The notes under the pieces are model-generated. The model was not told where the DNA came from, ran no database searches, and saw only the letters and a list, made by a program, of their open reading frames with translations. From positions 108,314,001-108,378,000 of the forward strand of contig OX597819.1 in assembly GCA_951406725.2 (NCBI GenBank): a stretch of 64,000 nucleotides of DNA, written 5' to 3'. Source of the stretch: Octopus vulgaris. Taxonomy: Eukaryota. Of this stretch, positions 49,941 to 64,000 are shown in pieces. Numbering within the stretch: position 1 is the stretch's first letter; every line of letters begins with the position of its first letter. The position numbers and the translations under genes were made by a program.

Positions 49941-52900
49941 CAGTAACAACAACTGTATTTTTTTTTTTTTTTGCCTTCATCTAGTGTATTAAATCATCAA
50001 GGGAACCTCTACATAACTGCTTGGCCTACTAAAAAGAGTAGCCACTTTTATCTCATATCATTCCTTATTATCTTGAATAAAGAAAGAACATTAGATGAAT
50101 ATATAATCAGGTGCAGGCATGGCTCTGTTCAGTCCCAAATAATGTGGGTTTGTGTTCAGTCCTACTGTGTACCAACTTGAGCAAGTGTTTTCCACTATAA
50201 CTCACAGGCTGACCAAAGCTTTGTCAGTGAATTTGGTAGATGGAAACTGAAAGAAGCCCATCATGTGTGTGTGCATGTGCATGCATGAATCTGTGTGTTT
50301 GTTTACACATACAATGTGTAAAAGTCACAAGCAATGAGCAGTGTTGCTGCTGTCATTTTTCTTATCAACAAATGTTCTACATGCCTTTGAACACATATGA
50401 AATAGATCCTTACTTGAAAAACAAATGATAATTAGCAACAGGAAGGATATCTGGCTGTGAAACAATACCTCAATAATATATTCATCTAACCCATGCTAGC
50501 AGGGAAAAAAGAGATGTAAAAGCAAATGAACGAGTTAGATAAACAATGAGGTGTCACAATTAAAATATATTTTATCATTGGGTTATTTTGATGAAGAGTG
50601 AGATGGAGCTAAACAAAAACAACAGCTTCTGTGAACACCTACTATTTACACTCACATGCTTGGACACACACACACACACACAGAATTCCCTTTACATTTT
50701 GACAGACTGATGTCTATTTTATGTCCTCCATATTGGGAGAGGATCGTTGTCAAAGACAGGAAGTTGTAAAGAAGAAACAAATAGTTCTTCTGTCCTGAAC
50801 ATTAAGCACCCACATCTTTCAACCATTGAAACTCTAGAAAGAACACTTCATCACTTTTTCAACCATAGGAAGGATCTTATTTCATGTTGGGACTGTAACT
50901 GTGGCAGGTACTACAATGAAATAGCAATAGTGACAGAGATAGTGATGGTAGTGATTGTTGTTGTTGTTGTTGCTGCTGCTGTTTTGTCCCACTTCTAACA
51001 TAGGCATAAGGCCACGAATTAAGTGGGAGGGCACAGACAATTAAATCATCTGCAGTATCTAACTGGTACCTATTTTATGAACTAGAACCAATAGGCTGTC
51101 AGAGAAAATGTCATGCAGTATTTAGCCCTCCTATTTACATTCCTAGTTCAAATTTCACCAAAGTCAACTTTTGCCTTTCATCTTTCTAGGATCGATGAAA
51201 TGAAATACTAGTTAAGTACTCTGTATTGATTTAATCAAAATAGCTGGCCTTGTGCTTCAATCAGAAACCATTATCAGTGAGCTGGCATAACTGTTAGAGA
51301 GATGGAAAAATTGCTTTGCAATATTTGTTCTGGTTCTTTACATGTGCAGAAAAGAGGGTGGGACTGGTGGGGTAAAGAGAATAGACTAATAATAAAAAAT
51401 AATAATAATAATATAATAGCCAGCAGGAGAAAGAGGAGAAGTTGTGCATACATATATACACATTATGCTTCCAGACTCCCAGTTTCATTGAAATGGGTGT
51501 GTCTTCTTGAGAATTACATATTCATTTCTACTGTAGGCACAAGGCCCCAATTTTTTTTTGGGGGGGGGGGAAGGGGGGAGCAGTTGATTAGATCGATCCC
51601 AGTATGCAACTGGTACTTAATTTATTGACCCCGAAAGGATGAAAAGCAAAGTCGACCTTGGCGGAATTTGAACTCAGAACATAAAGACAGATGAAATACT
51701 GCTAAGCATTTTGCCCAGTGTGCTAACCTTTCTGCCGGCTCACAGCCTTTGAGAATTACATATTGCCTACCCTATGTACAATGCATTGCATAAGGTGGAG
51801 GTTGTAGATGGATTTGTTGGTAATTATATGAATTTATGCATTTTCCGTGACACTACTGACAAGCGTCAACCTCCTCTTAAGCACCTTGGCCAAAATCATA
51901 AACTATGTATTTAGCAGAGTTATGGGCCTCAAATTATCGATGATGTCCATCTTGTTCCTATCCTTTCTCCACGGTACTGTTCCTCTCTGACTCACAGAAT
52001 TAGGAATTCTCCTGTTCTGATGAATACTGAAGTCAAGACTGCAGCAAACAAGTCTGGCATTTATATGCAAAGCTCATATGGCAGACCTGTAAATATGACA
52101 ATTTTCCCTTTACACAAGCACATAAGGCTTTGCATGACTCAGCATCAATTATCAGCTGTTTTCAGCACTCCACCACTATCCCTGGTGAGAGTCACAACAA
52201 GTGTTCACATGAGCTATGAAAGTCAACATCATTGGCCCACCATTTATCCCAAAAGTAAAAATGCTGTTCAAAAATTGCATGCATATTCCTAGAATTGAAG
52301 AGCACATGTCCATAAAATACCACATTGTGGTCTTGTCATATTACACCTTTGTTATTTCGGCTCATCAAACAGCCATTGCTCCCTTACAACAATGAATATG
52401 TGCATTAGCTCTGACAATACAAACCCTCATGTTTTCCATTAAAGAAATGGTCAGTCAAGTGCCATCTTTATAACAAGCATGGTAGCCATGGCAGCACAGT
52501 ATGCTACCAACACCTCTTCTAGGCTACTAAATATCTTTCCCTCAATCAATTTTTCTGTCATTGACTTTTTGCTAAACCCTATTGATTCTTCTCTAATAGC
52601 ACTCTTGAGGGAAACCCACCACTTACTGTGACAATCAACCCCCCCTCAACTTCCATCAGCTAATCTGATTACTGTAGGCCTTTTGCATTGAGAATGACAC
52701 ATTTAGCTTCCAGTAACTGAGTCTCTGCCTATGTGTCTTATCTAGGTTGACTATGTAGATCACAAAAGTCTGTGTTGGTAAAAAAAAAAAACCCACAAAA
52801 CTGTGGATGCCCTCCACTAACTTTATCTGCTGACCTAACAAAAATCATACAACCTGGATGATCCACTTTAATTTGTCCAAGTCCACATTAGCACATTTGA

Positions 52901-55544
52901 GAAATTCATTAGGTAACTATTAGACCACTTGAACTGTTTGAGCATGGGAGACTTTTCCATCCCTTCCTCTATTGGTTACTTCCATACACCTTCAATGTGT
53001 TTTTAAGATGCTAATCCAATTACCTGCTAATATTAATGAACAAGATGTTTGCAAGAATGTTTCTACATGCCTGAAGAAGTCTTGTCAAAACCTGACCCAT
53101 TCATGGTATAAATGGATACTAGTTTGAAGGCACTACCTTCAATGCTGTTCATGTCCAAAACCACTACCAGCTGTATTTATCTCTCTGAAACAGGACTGCC
53201 ACCACCACCCCATCCAAATCAGGCCTGCGCCTCATAATTGATCAGAAGGAATGTGACTGCAATTCACTGATAGCTATCACATCAATATTAAGTGATCTAA
53301 GAACATTAAGCAAGTGATGTTGTTTCCTGGATGTTTCCATGCCACATGCATTTGTACAATCTAGTCTTAGTGTGGTTGTTAGGTGAAGAAGTGGAAAATA
53401 GCATTTATATTTTATTTGGAATTAACAAGTAAACTGGCTTTTATATGCAACAAACAAATTATGAACCATTTTCTCTATAAAAATCACTTAAACCTGTTTA
53501 CAAGAGACATAATTCTGTTGGGGAACCAACGAAAAATTATTCATGAATGGTACTAGATGTATATGCCAAAGATTCTATTAGAAGAAGCAAATTAACTAAA
53601 ACTGAGAATATTGAATTTGATTCGGTCACTGAAATCAGAGAATTAGACCCAAAACTCTCATACAAATATTAAAGAATAAAAGCAACACATAGAAATGAAG
53701 AGACAATTAGAAAAGTATACAATGGAACAGTCAGGCTAACACTACAAACTGAACTTAATACCAGAAGTAAGAAAATTGATGTAGTAACATTTTCAGGTGA
53801 CATTTTGGTGTTTCACTGTTCTCATATAATTAATTTACACCAGTCATAGACCAGTAGTCTGACATTTATTTTGAAGATATAAGACAAAATTGAAAAGAAT
53901 TTCCTTGCTCATTTGCTTGACATCAGACAAATTGAGCCGCTAACCTACTCAGTTTCTTTTCCCATAGACACTGAGATAACAAACCCAAAACTGAAACAAC
54001 TCCTAGGAGTCTCAAACCATGAGACTTTTGTTAAGCTGAATAAGAAATCTTAGCAATGTATCAGTTCTATCAGTTTGAAAACACTGTCTGGAACCACAGA
54101 AGCGGTACTCTGATAAAATATTAACTCAGAGACTTTCATTCAATGTTATTTTCAACAACACTGAATCATCTTTGTTCAGCTAGTCTTTATGTGGGCTGCG
54201 TCTTAAATGAATAAATCCCCAAATTTCTTTTATATTATTTCATAGCCTACTGCAATTCCTAAACTTGCAGTTTTACTTCATTGTGAAATTTTTAAAATAT
54301 ACTTCAAAAGGCATCAAAATTCTGTTTACTCAGGGTGCCGGAAAACCTAAGGCCAGCTTTGGTCACATAGTACATAATTCTACGCAAAGAAATAGATGAA
54401 ACAACAGAAACAAGCAAGCAAACCTCACAACAAAACATAACAGACGCAGCATACAATCAAAATTCCATACAAAGAAAGATAATATTGAACATGCCTCAGG
54501 CCTTATAGAAATGCACTTAGTATTGCAACATAAACTAGCATGAAACTGCTGAAAGCAAATTAAGGTAAATAATTTAACAAGATCCAGGTATAAATGGACA
54601 TGTTGAGAGTAATCGGAAGTTATTCTCTCTTTACTCTTGTTAAGCAGGATGAATGTCACCATTCCAAGCAGTCATAGATCTTTCAGTCACACAAATGAAA
54701 ATACATTAAGAACACACACTAAAAAGTACCAGTCAAAAAAACATAAATAAAAACAAAAAAAAACACTCAAGCTCAGCAGGAAAGTGTTTTGGAAAGATTG
54801 GAGTGGGTGAGATTGACGTAAGTAATTTTCTGACAAATCATGTTGATGGTTTTAAATCCAAGCAGAATGCAGAGTGAATTTCAAATGATTGCTAATAAGC
54901 ATTATGTATGATTGTGTGTGTGTGTGTAGGTGTATGTGTGTGAGTGAGCATTAGATAGTATGATATAATGCGGTAGGAAGCAGTACATGAAGATATGGTG
55001 TGAGTGTATGGGAATTCATACATGTATATATATTTATATATGAACATATCTTTGTGTGTGGGTGTGCGTGCATGCATGTGTGTGTATACATATATACATG
55101 TGTGTATGTGTGTGTGCATGTGTGTATACATATATAAATGTGTATGGGGGTAGGGGCAGTGTGGTAAGAAGTTTGCTTCCAAATCACATGGTTCTGAGTT
55201 CAGACCCACTGCATGGCACCTTGTAAGTGGATATAGTAGACAGAAACTGAAAGAAGCCCAACATATATATCTATGTGCATGTGTGTGTGTTTGTCTCCCA
55301 CCACTGCTTGACAACTGGTGTTGGTTCATGTATGTCCCTATAACTTAGCACCTTGGCAAAAGTGACCAATAGAATAAGCACTAGGATTTTTTAAAAATGA
55401 GTCCTGGGGTCAATTTGTTTCACTAAAAAACCTTCAAGTCATAGCCCCAGCATGACCATAGTCCAGCAACTTAAGTAAAACATAGAAGGTAAAAGATGTA
55501 TATGTGTGTGTGTGTGTGTGTGTGTGCGTATGTGTGTAACCACT

Positions 55545-55745
55545 TGTGAATCGTTGGCAATTTTCTTCCTCCATCTTCCTTTCTATTGGACTTTCCTCTG
55601 TTTCTGAAGAAGAGCGTTGCTCAAAACATTAAACCATCTTTCTTTCCTTCCCTGAGCATCTGCTAATACTTTACACATACTACGTCCTTACGTTGTTTTT
55701 TTGGTGGGGTGTGGGGGTTGTTCTTCTTTTTGGGATTTACTATAT
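55545..55745 (+). mobile_element. Penelope-type terminal repeat with decayed hammerhead motif
   Basis: GTTT-CTGAAGA-A-GAGC gtt GCTC-aAAA-Ca-TT-AAAC at 55600-55634; same architecture as the 24145 motif, with both CpGs changed to CpA. Confidence 0.55.
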
Positions 55746-55746
55746 A

Positions 55747-55796
<50 letters not shown>

Positions 55797-55798
<2 letters not shown>

Positions 55799-56180
55799 CG
55801 TAGGAGTGGTTGTGTGGTAAGTAGCTTGCTTACGTACCACATGGTTCCGGGCTCAGTCCCACTGCATGGCACCTTGGGCAAATGTCTTCTACTATAGCCT
55901 CGAGCCGACCAAAGCCTTGTGAGTGGATTTGGTAGACGGAAACTGAAAGAAGCCCGTCGTATATATGTATATATATATGTGTGTGTGTATGTTTGTCCCC
56001 CCTACATCGCTTGACAACCAATGCTGGTGTGTTTACGTCCCCGTAACTTAGCGGTTCGGCAAAAGAGACCGATAGAATAAGTATTAGGCTTACAAAGAAT
56101 AAGTCCTGGGGTCGATTTGTGCGACTAAAGGTGGTGCTCCAGCATGGCCACAGACAAATGACTGAAACAAGTAAAAGAGT
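55797..56180 (+). mobile_element. Near full-length tRNA-derived SINE (family A; the most abundant repeat in the window)
   Basis: Head GGCGTAGGAGTGGTTGTGTGGTAAG...GGTTCCGGGCTCAGTCCC, internal TA/TG tract, tail ATGACTGAAACAAGTAAAAGAG; more than ten partial copies elsewhere. Confidence 0.9.
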
Positions 56181-56620
56181 ATATATCATAGTCATCAGGA
56201 CGCTGAACCTTTCAGGTGAAATGACAAAGTGCTTATGTGGTGCCAAGTAAAAGTGCTTGTGTGACACCACATAAAAGTGCCCGTGTAATGCTACATAAAG
56301 AGCACCCAGCACACTCTGTAAAGTGATTGGCATTAGGAAGGGCATCCAGCTATAGAACGAACGCCCAATCAGACTGAAGTCTGTTGCAGCTCCCCAGCTT
56401 GCCAGCTCTGGTCAAACCATCCAACCCGTGCTAGTATGGACAATGGACATTAAATGATGATGATGATGATGATGATGACATCATCATCATTATGAGGCTT
56501 CGGCATGGATCTGTGGTTGAGAAACTTGCTTCCTAACTATGTGGTTTTGAGCTCAATCACACTGCATGGCACTTGCTGACCCAAAATATATATATATGTA
56601 TGAATGTATATATATATATG

Positions 56621-56685
<65 letters not shown>

Positions 56686-56688
<3 letters not shown>

Positions 56689-57655
56689 GGAACAAAAAAG
56701 CAATAGAAGGCATTAAAACGTTCGGACAGATAGATGATACAAAGGTGAACGAGAGGAGCAACAATGAAAAGGACAGGCAAAAAAAGATGCGTCATTTTTG
56801 GCTTTCTTTCATCAGTCAAGTCTCAGAGGTCACAACCATTTCGGGCAGTTACACTTGAGATGGTTTGATCTGGTTGTCCTCCCAAAAGTCTAAGTTAAGA
56901 GCATTAGGCTCCTTTGTAAGAAAGTTAGCGAATGTATACGGCAACAAAGACACAAAATAAGCAAACAAAAAAACGGAGAACATGGTACACAATTACGAAT
57001 ACAAACAACAAGAAATAACAACAGGTGTCTTTCGACTGAGAACGAATCAAATTGAGCTGGCGTGTATGAAGTGAAAGCCTAAAGGCAGGAACATGGGAGT
57101 TGGACACAAGAGGTGTTGATAGTCAGCAGTCAAGCCAAGAAAGAAAGATCATTGCTGGCCGGACACAGGTCACATGGAAGGAGGAGAGATGGGTACGGGA
57201 CAGCGGAATTGAAGGATTAGAAAAAAATCAGAGACAAATAGAAAGGTACAGGGGAGATAAATGAGTGGGAAATAGTGGGAGTTAAGGAAAGAGAGGGCCA
57301 AGAAAAGTGAGAGAGGGGAGAGTGAGAAAAAGGAAGGCAAATGAGAGAGGGAATAAAAGATAGAGTAAGAGTTGTACAAAATTTAGATACATACCTTCTA
57401 TATGGTGAGCACAAGGGTGTACATACGTCGCTATATATATATATATATATATATATACGAAAATGGAACAAAAATGCAATAGAGGGCATTAAAACGTTTG
57501 GATAGATAAACGATACAAAGGCGGACAAGAGAAACAACAATTAGAAGGACAGGCAAAAGAAAACGGGTCATTCTTGGCTTTCTTTCATCAGTCAAGTCCC
57601 AGAAGTCACAACCATTTCTGGCAGTTACATTTGAGATAGTTCGATCTGGTTGGCC
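56686..57655 (-). repeat. Two about 195-bp direct repeats (period about 776 bp), probably Penelope-type terminal repeats
   Basis: 56686-56879 and 57462-57655 align throughout, each preceded by (TA)n; family and strand assignment are inference. Confidence 0.6.
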
Positions 57656-57768
57656 TGTATTTTTACCTCCTGGTCAGGACATCACATTATATATGATAGT
57701 TGTAAATGAGTGTCACTGTCATACAAGCTGTGTCATTCATTTACAATATTCTGTGATGATGATGATGA

Positions 57769-57830
<62 letters not shown>

Positions 57831-58548
57831 TCATGCATACATACATAGACAGATAGATAGATACACATACATACATCATGTAACACACACATGCGCACAT
57901 ATACATATATATACATATATGTATATATATGTATATATATATACACTCACACAGATGCATTAGTGATAATGCACTGATAGCATTGACAGATCTATTACTA
58001 AGTAAATGAAAAGACTTTTAAACTAAAAGTTTCATAGAATTACATGGAAATTACATACATGCAAACACATTCACATATGTATGCACATTTATATATATAT
58101 ACATGTATATTTACACATACACAGATTTCTGTATGGGCAAGAAAAATTGTTTCGATAGTGTCAAATTTTACCATTTGATCATGGGTTTCCAATTCTGTTT
58201 TGAACCTGAAAATTGCATTTGTAGACATATGTTAGATTTAAATAAATATCACACAGAAGTATACATTATAAAACTAACAAACATACATATTTCTGTGTGT
58301 TTATACATTCATATGTGTGTGTGTGTGTGCATGTGTGTATTCATATATATATGTGTGTGTGAGTATATACATACATACACACACACACACACATATATAT
58401 ATATTTGTGTGTATGTATAAGTATCATCATCATCATCATCATCGTTTAGCATCCGTTTTCCATGCTAGCATGGGTTGGACGGTAATATATATATATATAG
58501 GTAGATAGACAGATAGACAGACAGGTAGGCAGACAGATAGATAGATAG

Positions 58549-60075
58549 ATACCAGCATATAAGTCAAAAACCTGGTTCCAGATCTTAACCTTGTAAAAAT
58601 TATATTGGCTTATTTGCCTGTCATGCATGAATTGTTCTCAAGAATCTTTTAAGATGTATATTTTATCTAAAGAAAATGACTTGGTATGCTATCTTATATA
58701 TATATATGAAAATCAATAATCGGCTAATTGGAGTGACCAGTTTATTGTTGCTTTTAAATCTGTGGACAGCTGTTTGTTCTTATCAGCCTGTTTCAGTACT
58801 TGTAGACAGATGAAGGATCTTGTCACCACCATACCATTTTGTCTTTGGTCTTCTACCCATTTTAATATTGCTCCCTCCAATTCTGGCCTCTTTCTTTGGT
58901 TCTGGCCCCTATTTGCATACTCATCTTTTGGCATATTTTCCAAATTTTCGTCATTCTCTGACTTACTCTTTTACTCTTTTACTTGTTTCAGTCATTTGAC
59001 TGTGGCCATGCTGGAGCACCACCTTTAGTCGAGCAAATCAACCTCAGGACTTAGTCTTTGTAAGCCTAGTACTTATTCTATCGGTCTCTTTTGCCGAACT
59101 GCTAAGTTATGGGGATGTAAACACACCATCAGTTGTCAAGCAATGTTGGGAGGACAAACACAGACACAGAAACATATACACACACAAACATATATACGAC
59201 AGGTTTCTTTCAGTTTCTGTCTACCAAATCCACTCACAAGGCTTTGGTCAGCCCAAGGTTATAGTAGAAGACACTTGCCCAAGGTGCCATGCAGTGGGAC
59301 TGAACCCGGAACTAGGTGGTTGGTAAGCAAGCTACTTACCACACAGCCACTCCTATGCCTATATCAATAGCAATGAAATGCCTGGTAGCATTGCTGTTAT
59401 ATTTTTTTGGCATTGTGTACAACTTTCTGTTTGATTGCAGCTTCATATTTCCTTGTAGTTGTAACATCCTGATGAGGGATAACTAGTAAGACCAGTATCT
59501 GTTTCACTGCAAGCCATTTGTAATTAGAGGAACAACTGTTCAGAATATTAGAGACACAACTACAAACATTAGTTGTCCATTTTAATAACCTGTAATTGCC
59601 TTTCATTTTCATTTTGCCATTATGATAAACTACTAACAACAGGAACGGTTTGTTTGCTGTAACTTATTGAAATACTGTCACTAATTACCTCAGTTTAAAA
59701 TTAAGAAATTAAGTGTATTTAATTTTATTTATTCAGCTCATAAATTAATAATAATCTTATTATTGCTTCAGTGCAACAATAAGTCATTCTACATTTGGGT
59801 TTTACATGTGAAGTTCATTACATCATGTCATCAAAATTCTCTAGGCTTTCTCATAATTTCGATGCTAAATACATCCATTTCACTGTAAATTCATAATTTG
59901 TTAAAAGGATTCTGTTGAAGTTTGTTCATATGTCTTAAACTGAAATTATTCTTGAGTTCGATTTGTTATGCTCTCAGATTGTATGCCGGTAGTATTAAAA
60001 ACCAACATTTTTTTACTTGAAAAAGTTCACCATGGTCTATATTCTGAATCGGCTTATATGCCAGCATATATGGTA
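58549..60075 (-). mobile_element. Internally deleted pogo/Tigger-type transposon interrupted by a SINE
   Basis: RKYEAAIKQKVVHNAKK (BrkDBD-like, about 59400-59450) and RPELEGAILKWVEDQRQNGMVVTRSFI..LKATINW (CENP-B HTH, ORF 58713-58943); decayed TIRs ACCAGCATATAAGTC / GGCTTATATGCCAGCATATATGGTA; DDE domain absent. Confidence 0.7.
58963..59359 (-). mobile_element. Full-length tRNA-derived SINE (family A)
   Basis: Reverse complement of 55797-56180. Confidence 0.9.
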
Positions 60076-60457
60076 TATATTACCACTGTATTGATCCGTC
60101 TGTTGTTACACACCACTGGTCACAGTGCACTTCATCACATTGTTTTAGCTTTCGAATGATTCTGCCCCATTGGCTAGGAGGGCAGGCCAACAATCCCCAG
60201 GAACAGAGTACCAGTTTATAACTGGGTTATCAATCTACAGCTCTGTGTGTGTGCGTGTTTGTGTGCGGGTGTGTGCATGTGTGTGTGTGCGAGTGCATGT
60301 ATGTGTGTGCATACACGTGTGTGTGTATGTGTATTAATCTCCATATCTTGACAATACATGATAGTTATAAATAAATGTTATGGTCATTGTAAGTAGTATT
60401 CTTCATTTATAGCCTGTCATGAATACACGTCTGGTCATGAGGAAATATTACCTTGCT

Positions 60458-60489
<32 letters not shown>

Positions 60490-61314
60490 ATCATCATCAT
60501 CGTTTATCGTCCGCTTTCCATGCTAGCATGGGTTGGACGGTTCGACTGGAGTTTGGGAAGCTAGGAGGCTGTACCAGGCCCCAATCTGATCTGGCAGTGT
60601 TTCTACAGATGGATGCCCTTCCTAACGCCAACCACCCCGTGAATGTATATATATGTAAACAGCTCAGCAAACTGTATCTCACTTGTGTTTCATTTTTGGC
60701 TTTCTTTGTGTGATTGGATGCCATTTCTAATACCAATCACTTTACGGAGTGAATTTTTTCATGGTACCAGCACAAGAAATATTGTCATGTCTTCAATAAG
60801 ACTAAAAGTCCTCTAAATCCAACACATGATAGGCTGTAGAAGGTGTGTTTTTCCACTCATACTAGTGAAGTAGGTGTATTATCAACAAAGGATCGTCTAG
60901 ACTCCACGTGCCGGGTCACTTCCCAGTTGCTTTCCAGAGCATTCTGGGTGAGTCTATTTTACTGTGTTAGCAATAATAGAGGGTTTGCTACTTACACTGA
61001 AAGTTTGAGAGTCCTACTATTCTGAAATGCATTCATCCACTCAAGGTGATATAGCTGTGGCAGAAGCAACAGAATGATGATAGAAACAGGATGAAAAGGA
61101 TCAGAGAGTAGCAGGAGCAGTGAGAGTGATGGCTAGTAACAGAAGTAGATTAGATGAATGATGGGCACGAATAATGGGTATCACTACCAGGTGGTCTAAG
61201 AGGGTAGGGAGTATGGGAGGGGGTTATGGTAAATATGCCTCAGGATAGGTGATGTGTGTGTGTGTATGCATATATATACGTGAACATGTATGTATGTATG
61301 TATGTATGTATGTA

Positions 61315-61362
<48 letters not shown>

Positions 61363-62369
61363 TATACACACATACACATACATATAAACATGCACACACA
61401 CACTCAAATAAATACACTCGCATACATATATATCATTAGATATAGCTAGATGTATAATTTGAGGATCCACAATTCTAGAAAGGAATGCAATACATTTGGA
61501 ATGTAGAGTATATTTATTTTACTGTGAACAATATCTTACAGGCTGCACTCTCATTTCACTATTTACACATGCCTTCAGAGATATATTACATCCCTTCCTC
61601 CCTCTCTCTCTCTCTCTCTCTCTCTCCCCTTCTCACTCTCTCTCTCTGTCTTTCACACACACACACAACACACACTCACCACACACACACACACAACACA
61701 CACCACACACTCACCACACACACACACACACACAACACACTCACCACACACACATACACACACCACATACATACACACACACACAACACACACACACATA
61801 TGAGGTCAAGTCAAAAAGTAATGCAAAAAAATTGTATTCCTTTCTGATTTAGCTTCATATAAAAAAAAACAAAAAACGGTGGCATGTAAAAGCACCCACT
61901 ACACTCTCGGAGTGGTTGGCGTTAGGAAGGGCATCCACTGTAGAAACTCTGCCAGATCAAGATTGAAGCCTGGTGCAGCCATCTGGTTTGCCAGTCCTCA
62001 GTCATTCGTCCAACCCATGCTAGCATGGAAAGCAGACGTTAAATGATGATGATGATGATGACTGATGGTGTTACGTAAAAAGCACCCTATACACTCTGTA
62101 AAGTGGTTGGCATTAGAAAGACATCCAGCTGTAGAAACCATGCCAAAACAGGCAATGAAACCTGACTATTTATTTCTCCACTTAGTGGTTTAACAAAAAA
62201 GACTGTTTGAATAAGTATCTGACTTTAAAATAAAAATTTGGATCAATTTCTTCAAATAAATCTTAGCTGCATTGCAATGACTGAAGCAAACAACAGAAAG
62301 ATAGAAGAAATAGATAGCAAATCTATACTATCTAATAAGGAGAATCATTAAATGTAACAATAAACATCA

Positions 62370-62672
62370 CCCTTTTCAAGCCTAGCCAGGTTCATGGGCC
62401 CAGTTTCCTGGTTTCTGTGACGTATGTGCCCTCCCCCCCCACAGCTGGACGGGATGCCAGTCCATTGCAGCGTTACTCAAGAAACAGGAAGAGAAGGTGA
62501 GAGAAAGTTGTGGTGAAAGAGTACAACAGAGGTCCCCCCCCCCCGCCAGAGCCTCGTGGAGCTTTAGGTGTTTTCGCTCAATAAACACACACAACACCCG
62601 ATCTGGGAATCGAAACCGCGATCCTCCGACCACGAGTCCGCTGCCCTAACCACTGGGCTATTGCACCTCCAC
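62370..62672 (-). mobile_element. tRNA-derived SINE (family D)
   Basis: Head GTGGAGGTGCAATAGCCCAGTGGTTAGGGCAGCGGACTC...GGTTTCGATTCCC (A and B boxes); 3' half matches 6885-7055 (+). Confidence 0.85.
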
Positions 62673-63600
62673 AATAAGGAGAATGATAGTAATATAATAT
62701 TATTGCTATTCTCTTTACATTCTCAGCTCAGATTCTGCCAAGGTCAGCTTCACCTTTGATCTTTCCTAGAATCAATAAAATAATGCATCAATCAAGTGTT
62801 GGGGTTAACATAATTGATTGCACCCCACCACCTCCCAAATTTCTGTTCTTGTATTTGCTACAGAAATTATTAAGGAGCTGTTATTGGGGGATTAGTTAGA
62901 GCATCAGTAAAAATGCTTTACAGTATTTCTTTAGACCTGTTACTTTCTAAGTTCAGCCCAGATCTAATCCAGTCCTGATGAAATTTGTCTTTCATCCTTC
63001 AGGAGTCAATAAAATAAAGTTACCAGTCAAGAACTTGGTAACTTGGATTGATATAATCGACTAACCACTTCCCCAAAAATTTGTGACCTATGTTAGAAAT
63101 TATTATAATTGTTGTTGTTGTTGTTGTTGTTAATTAATTAATTAAGGCAGCATGAAGGCAGTAAACTTGCAGAATTATTAGCATGCTGGGCAAAATGCTT
63201 AGCAGCATTTTGACTGTTTCTGTGTTCTAAATTCAGATTCCACCTGGGTCAACTTTGCCTATGCCTTTCATCCTTTTGGGATTGATAAAATATGTACCAG
63301 TTGAGCACTGGGGTCAATATAATCAAATTACCCCTCCCCTAAAATTGTTGGTCTTGTGCCAAGATTTGAAACCATTATTAATTAAGGCAGAATCAATAGA
63401 ATGGACAAAATGCTTGGTTGCATTTCTTTTGGCTCGTTACATTTGGAGTTCAAATTCTGTCAAGGTCAACTATGCATATTTAAGGTTCATAAGATACTCT
63501 TTCAGGATCAATTAAAATAGGTGCTGATTGAGCACTGGAATGGATATAATTGGCTTACCTTTACACCAAAAGTTGTTGGCCTTATGCCAAAGTTTGAAAC

Positions 63601-63655
<55 letters not shown>

Positions 63656-63678
63656 GTTGTTGTTGTTGTTGTTCTTAT

Positions 63679-64000
63679 TGAGTGAGAGAGCAGTGCATGC
63701 CATCAAAGTGAAACTGGGGTGAAATATACGAAGCTCAGTATACCCATCATGACGACCTGTCTGATAAGGGTACACCAGGCACATGCATCACAACCATATG
63801 TGCCGACATGGTGATCTCATATTAAGATAAACAGGGCATGACCTTGCCGGTGGGGCCCAGTTAGGATTTTCTTCTGGTCGAGTAGCCCATCCCACTCAAA
63901 AGGTCCCTGAATAAGGATTGTTTAAGGATGTTGAATGAACCACCCATGTTTCCAAAGGGAAATTATCCAAACCTCTAAAAATTCCTTTCAACTCATGGCT
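63679..64000. mobile_element. Second copy of the (TTA)n-associated element, cut by window end
   Basis: Aligns with 43114-43425; preceded by (TTA)n(TTG)n. Confidence 0.8.

Noticed and set aside
51800-54360. Possible decayed LINE endonuclease region (52050-53300) and hAT dimerisation-domain tail (53900-54360)
   Set aside because: Resemblances too faint to support boundaries or family without a profile search
60850-60955. Strong donor TGG|GTGAGT with a short open frame upstream
   Set aside because: Acceptor ambiguous, peptide unrecognisable, no linking evidence
62600-62672. tRNA-like sequence with A and B boxes (also 19940-19990 and 55797-55865)
   Set aside because: Heads of multi-copy SINEs continuing into SINE bodies; no complete cloverleaf
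1-64000. Dozens of 60-230 aa ORFs rich in YI, CV, HT, ER, LS or poly-V/N/L
   Set aside because: They are translations of TA, CA, GA and trinucleotide microsatellites or SINE bodies, not proteins

Overview
AT-rich, microsatellite-dense eukaryotic genomic DNA. The SINE families and repeat landscape strongly resemble an Octopus (coleoid cephalopod) genome; this is recognition from memory, not a database result. Almost every ORF in the supplied track is a microsatellite or SINE artefact. The only credible host coding sequence is a first exon on the minus strand (15624-15537) encoding a signal-peptide-like N-terminus with a phase-1 GT donor. A weaker candidate first exon on the plus strand (31441-31474) would make the two genes divergent across a visibly CpG-richer interval of about 16 kb. 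The rest is a layered transposon record: a full-length dead mariner, a palindromic mariner foldback, Merlin transposase remnants plus a Merlin-type MITE, hAT, pogo, piggyBac-type and Helitron elements, RTE, CR1/Jockey-like, R4/Dong and Penelope-like fragments, and many tRNA-derived SINEs. The most interesting signal is a set of hammerhead ribozyme motifs: three co-oriented ones within 0.8 kb at 24.1-25.0 kb (one with a perfect core), one on the minus strand at 38.1 kb and a decayed one at 55.6 kb, mostly tied to Penelope-like remnants. No rRNA, genuine tRNA or CRISPR array was seen. All family assignments come from manual translation and motif recognition.
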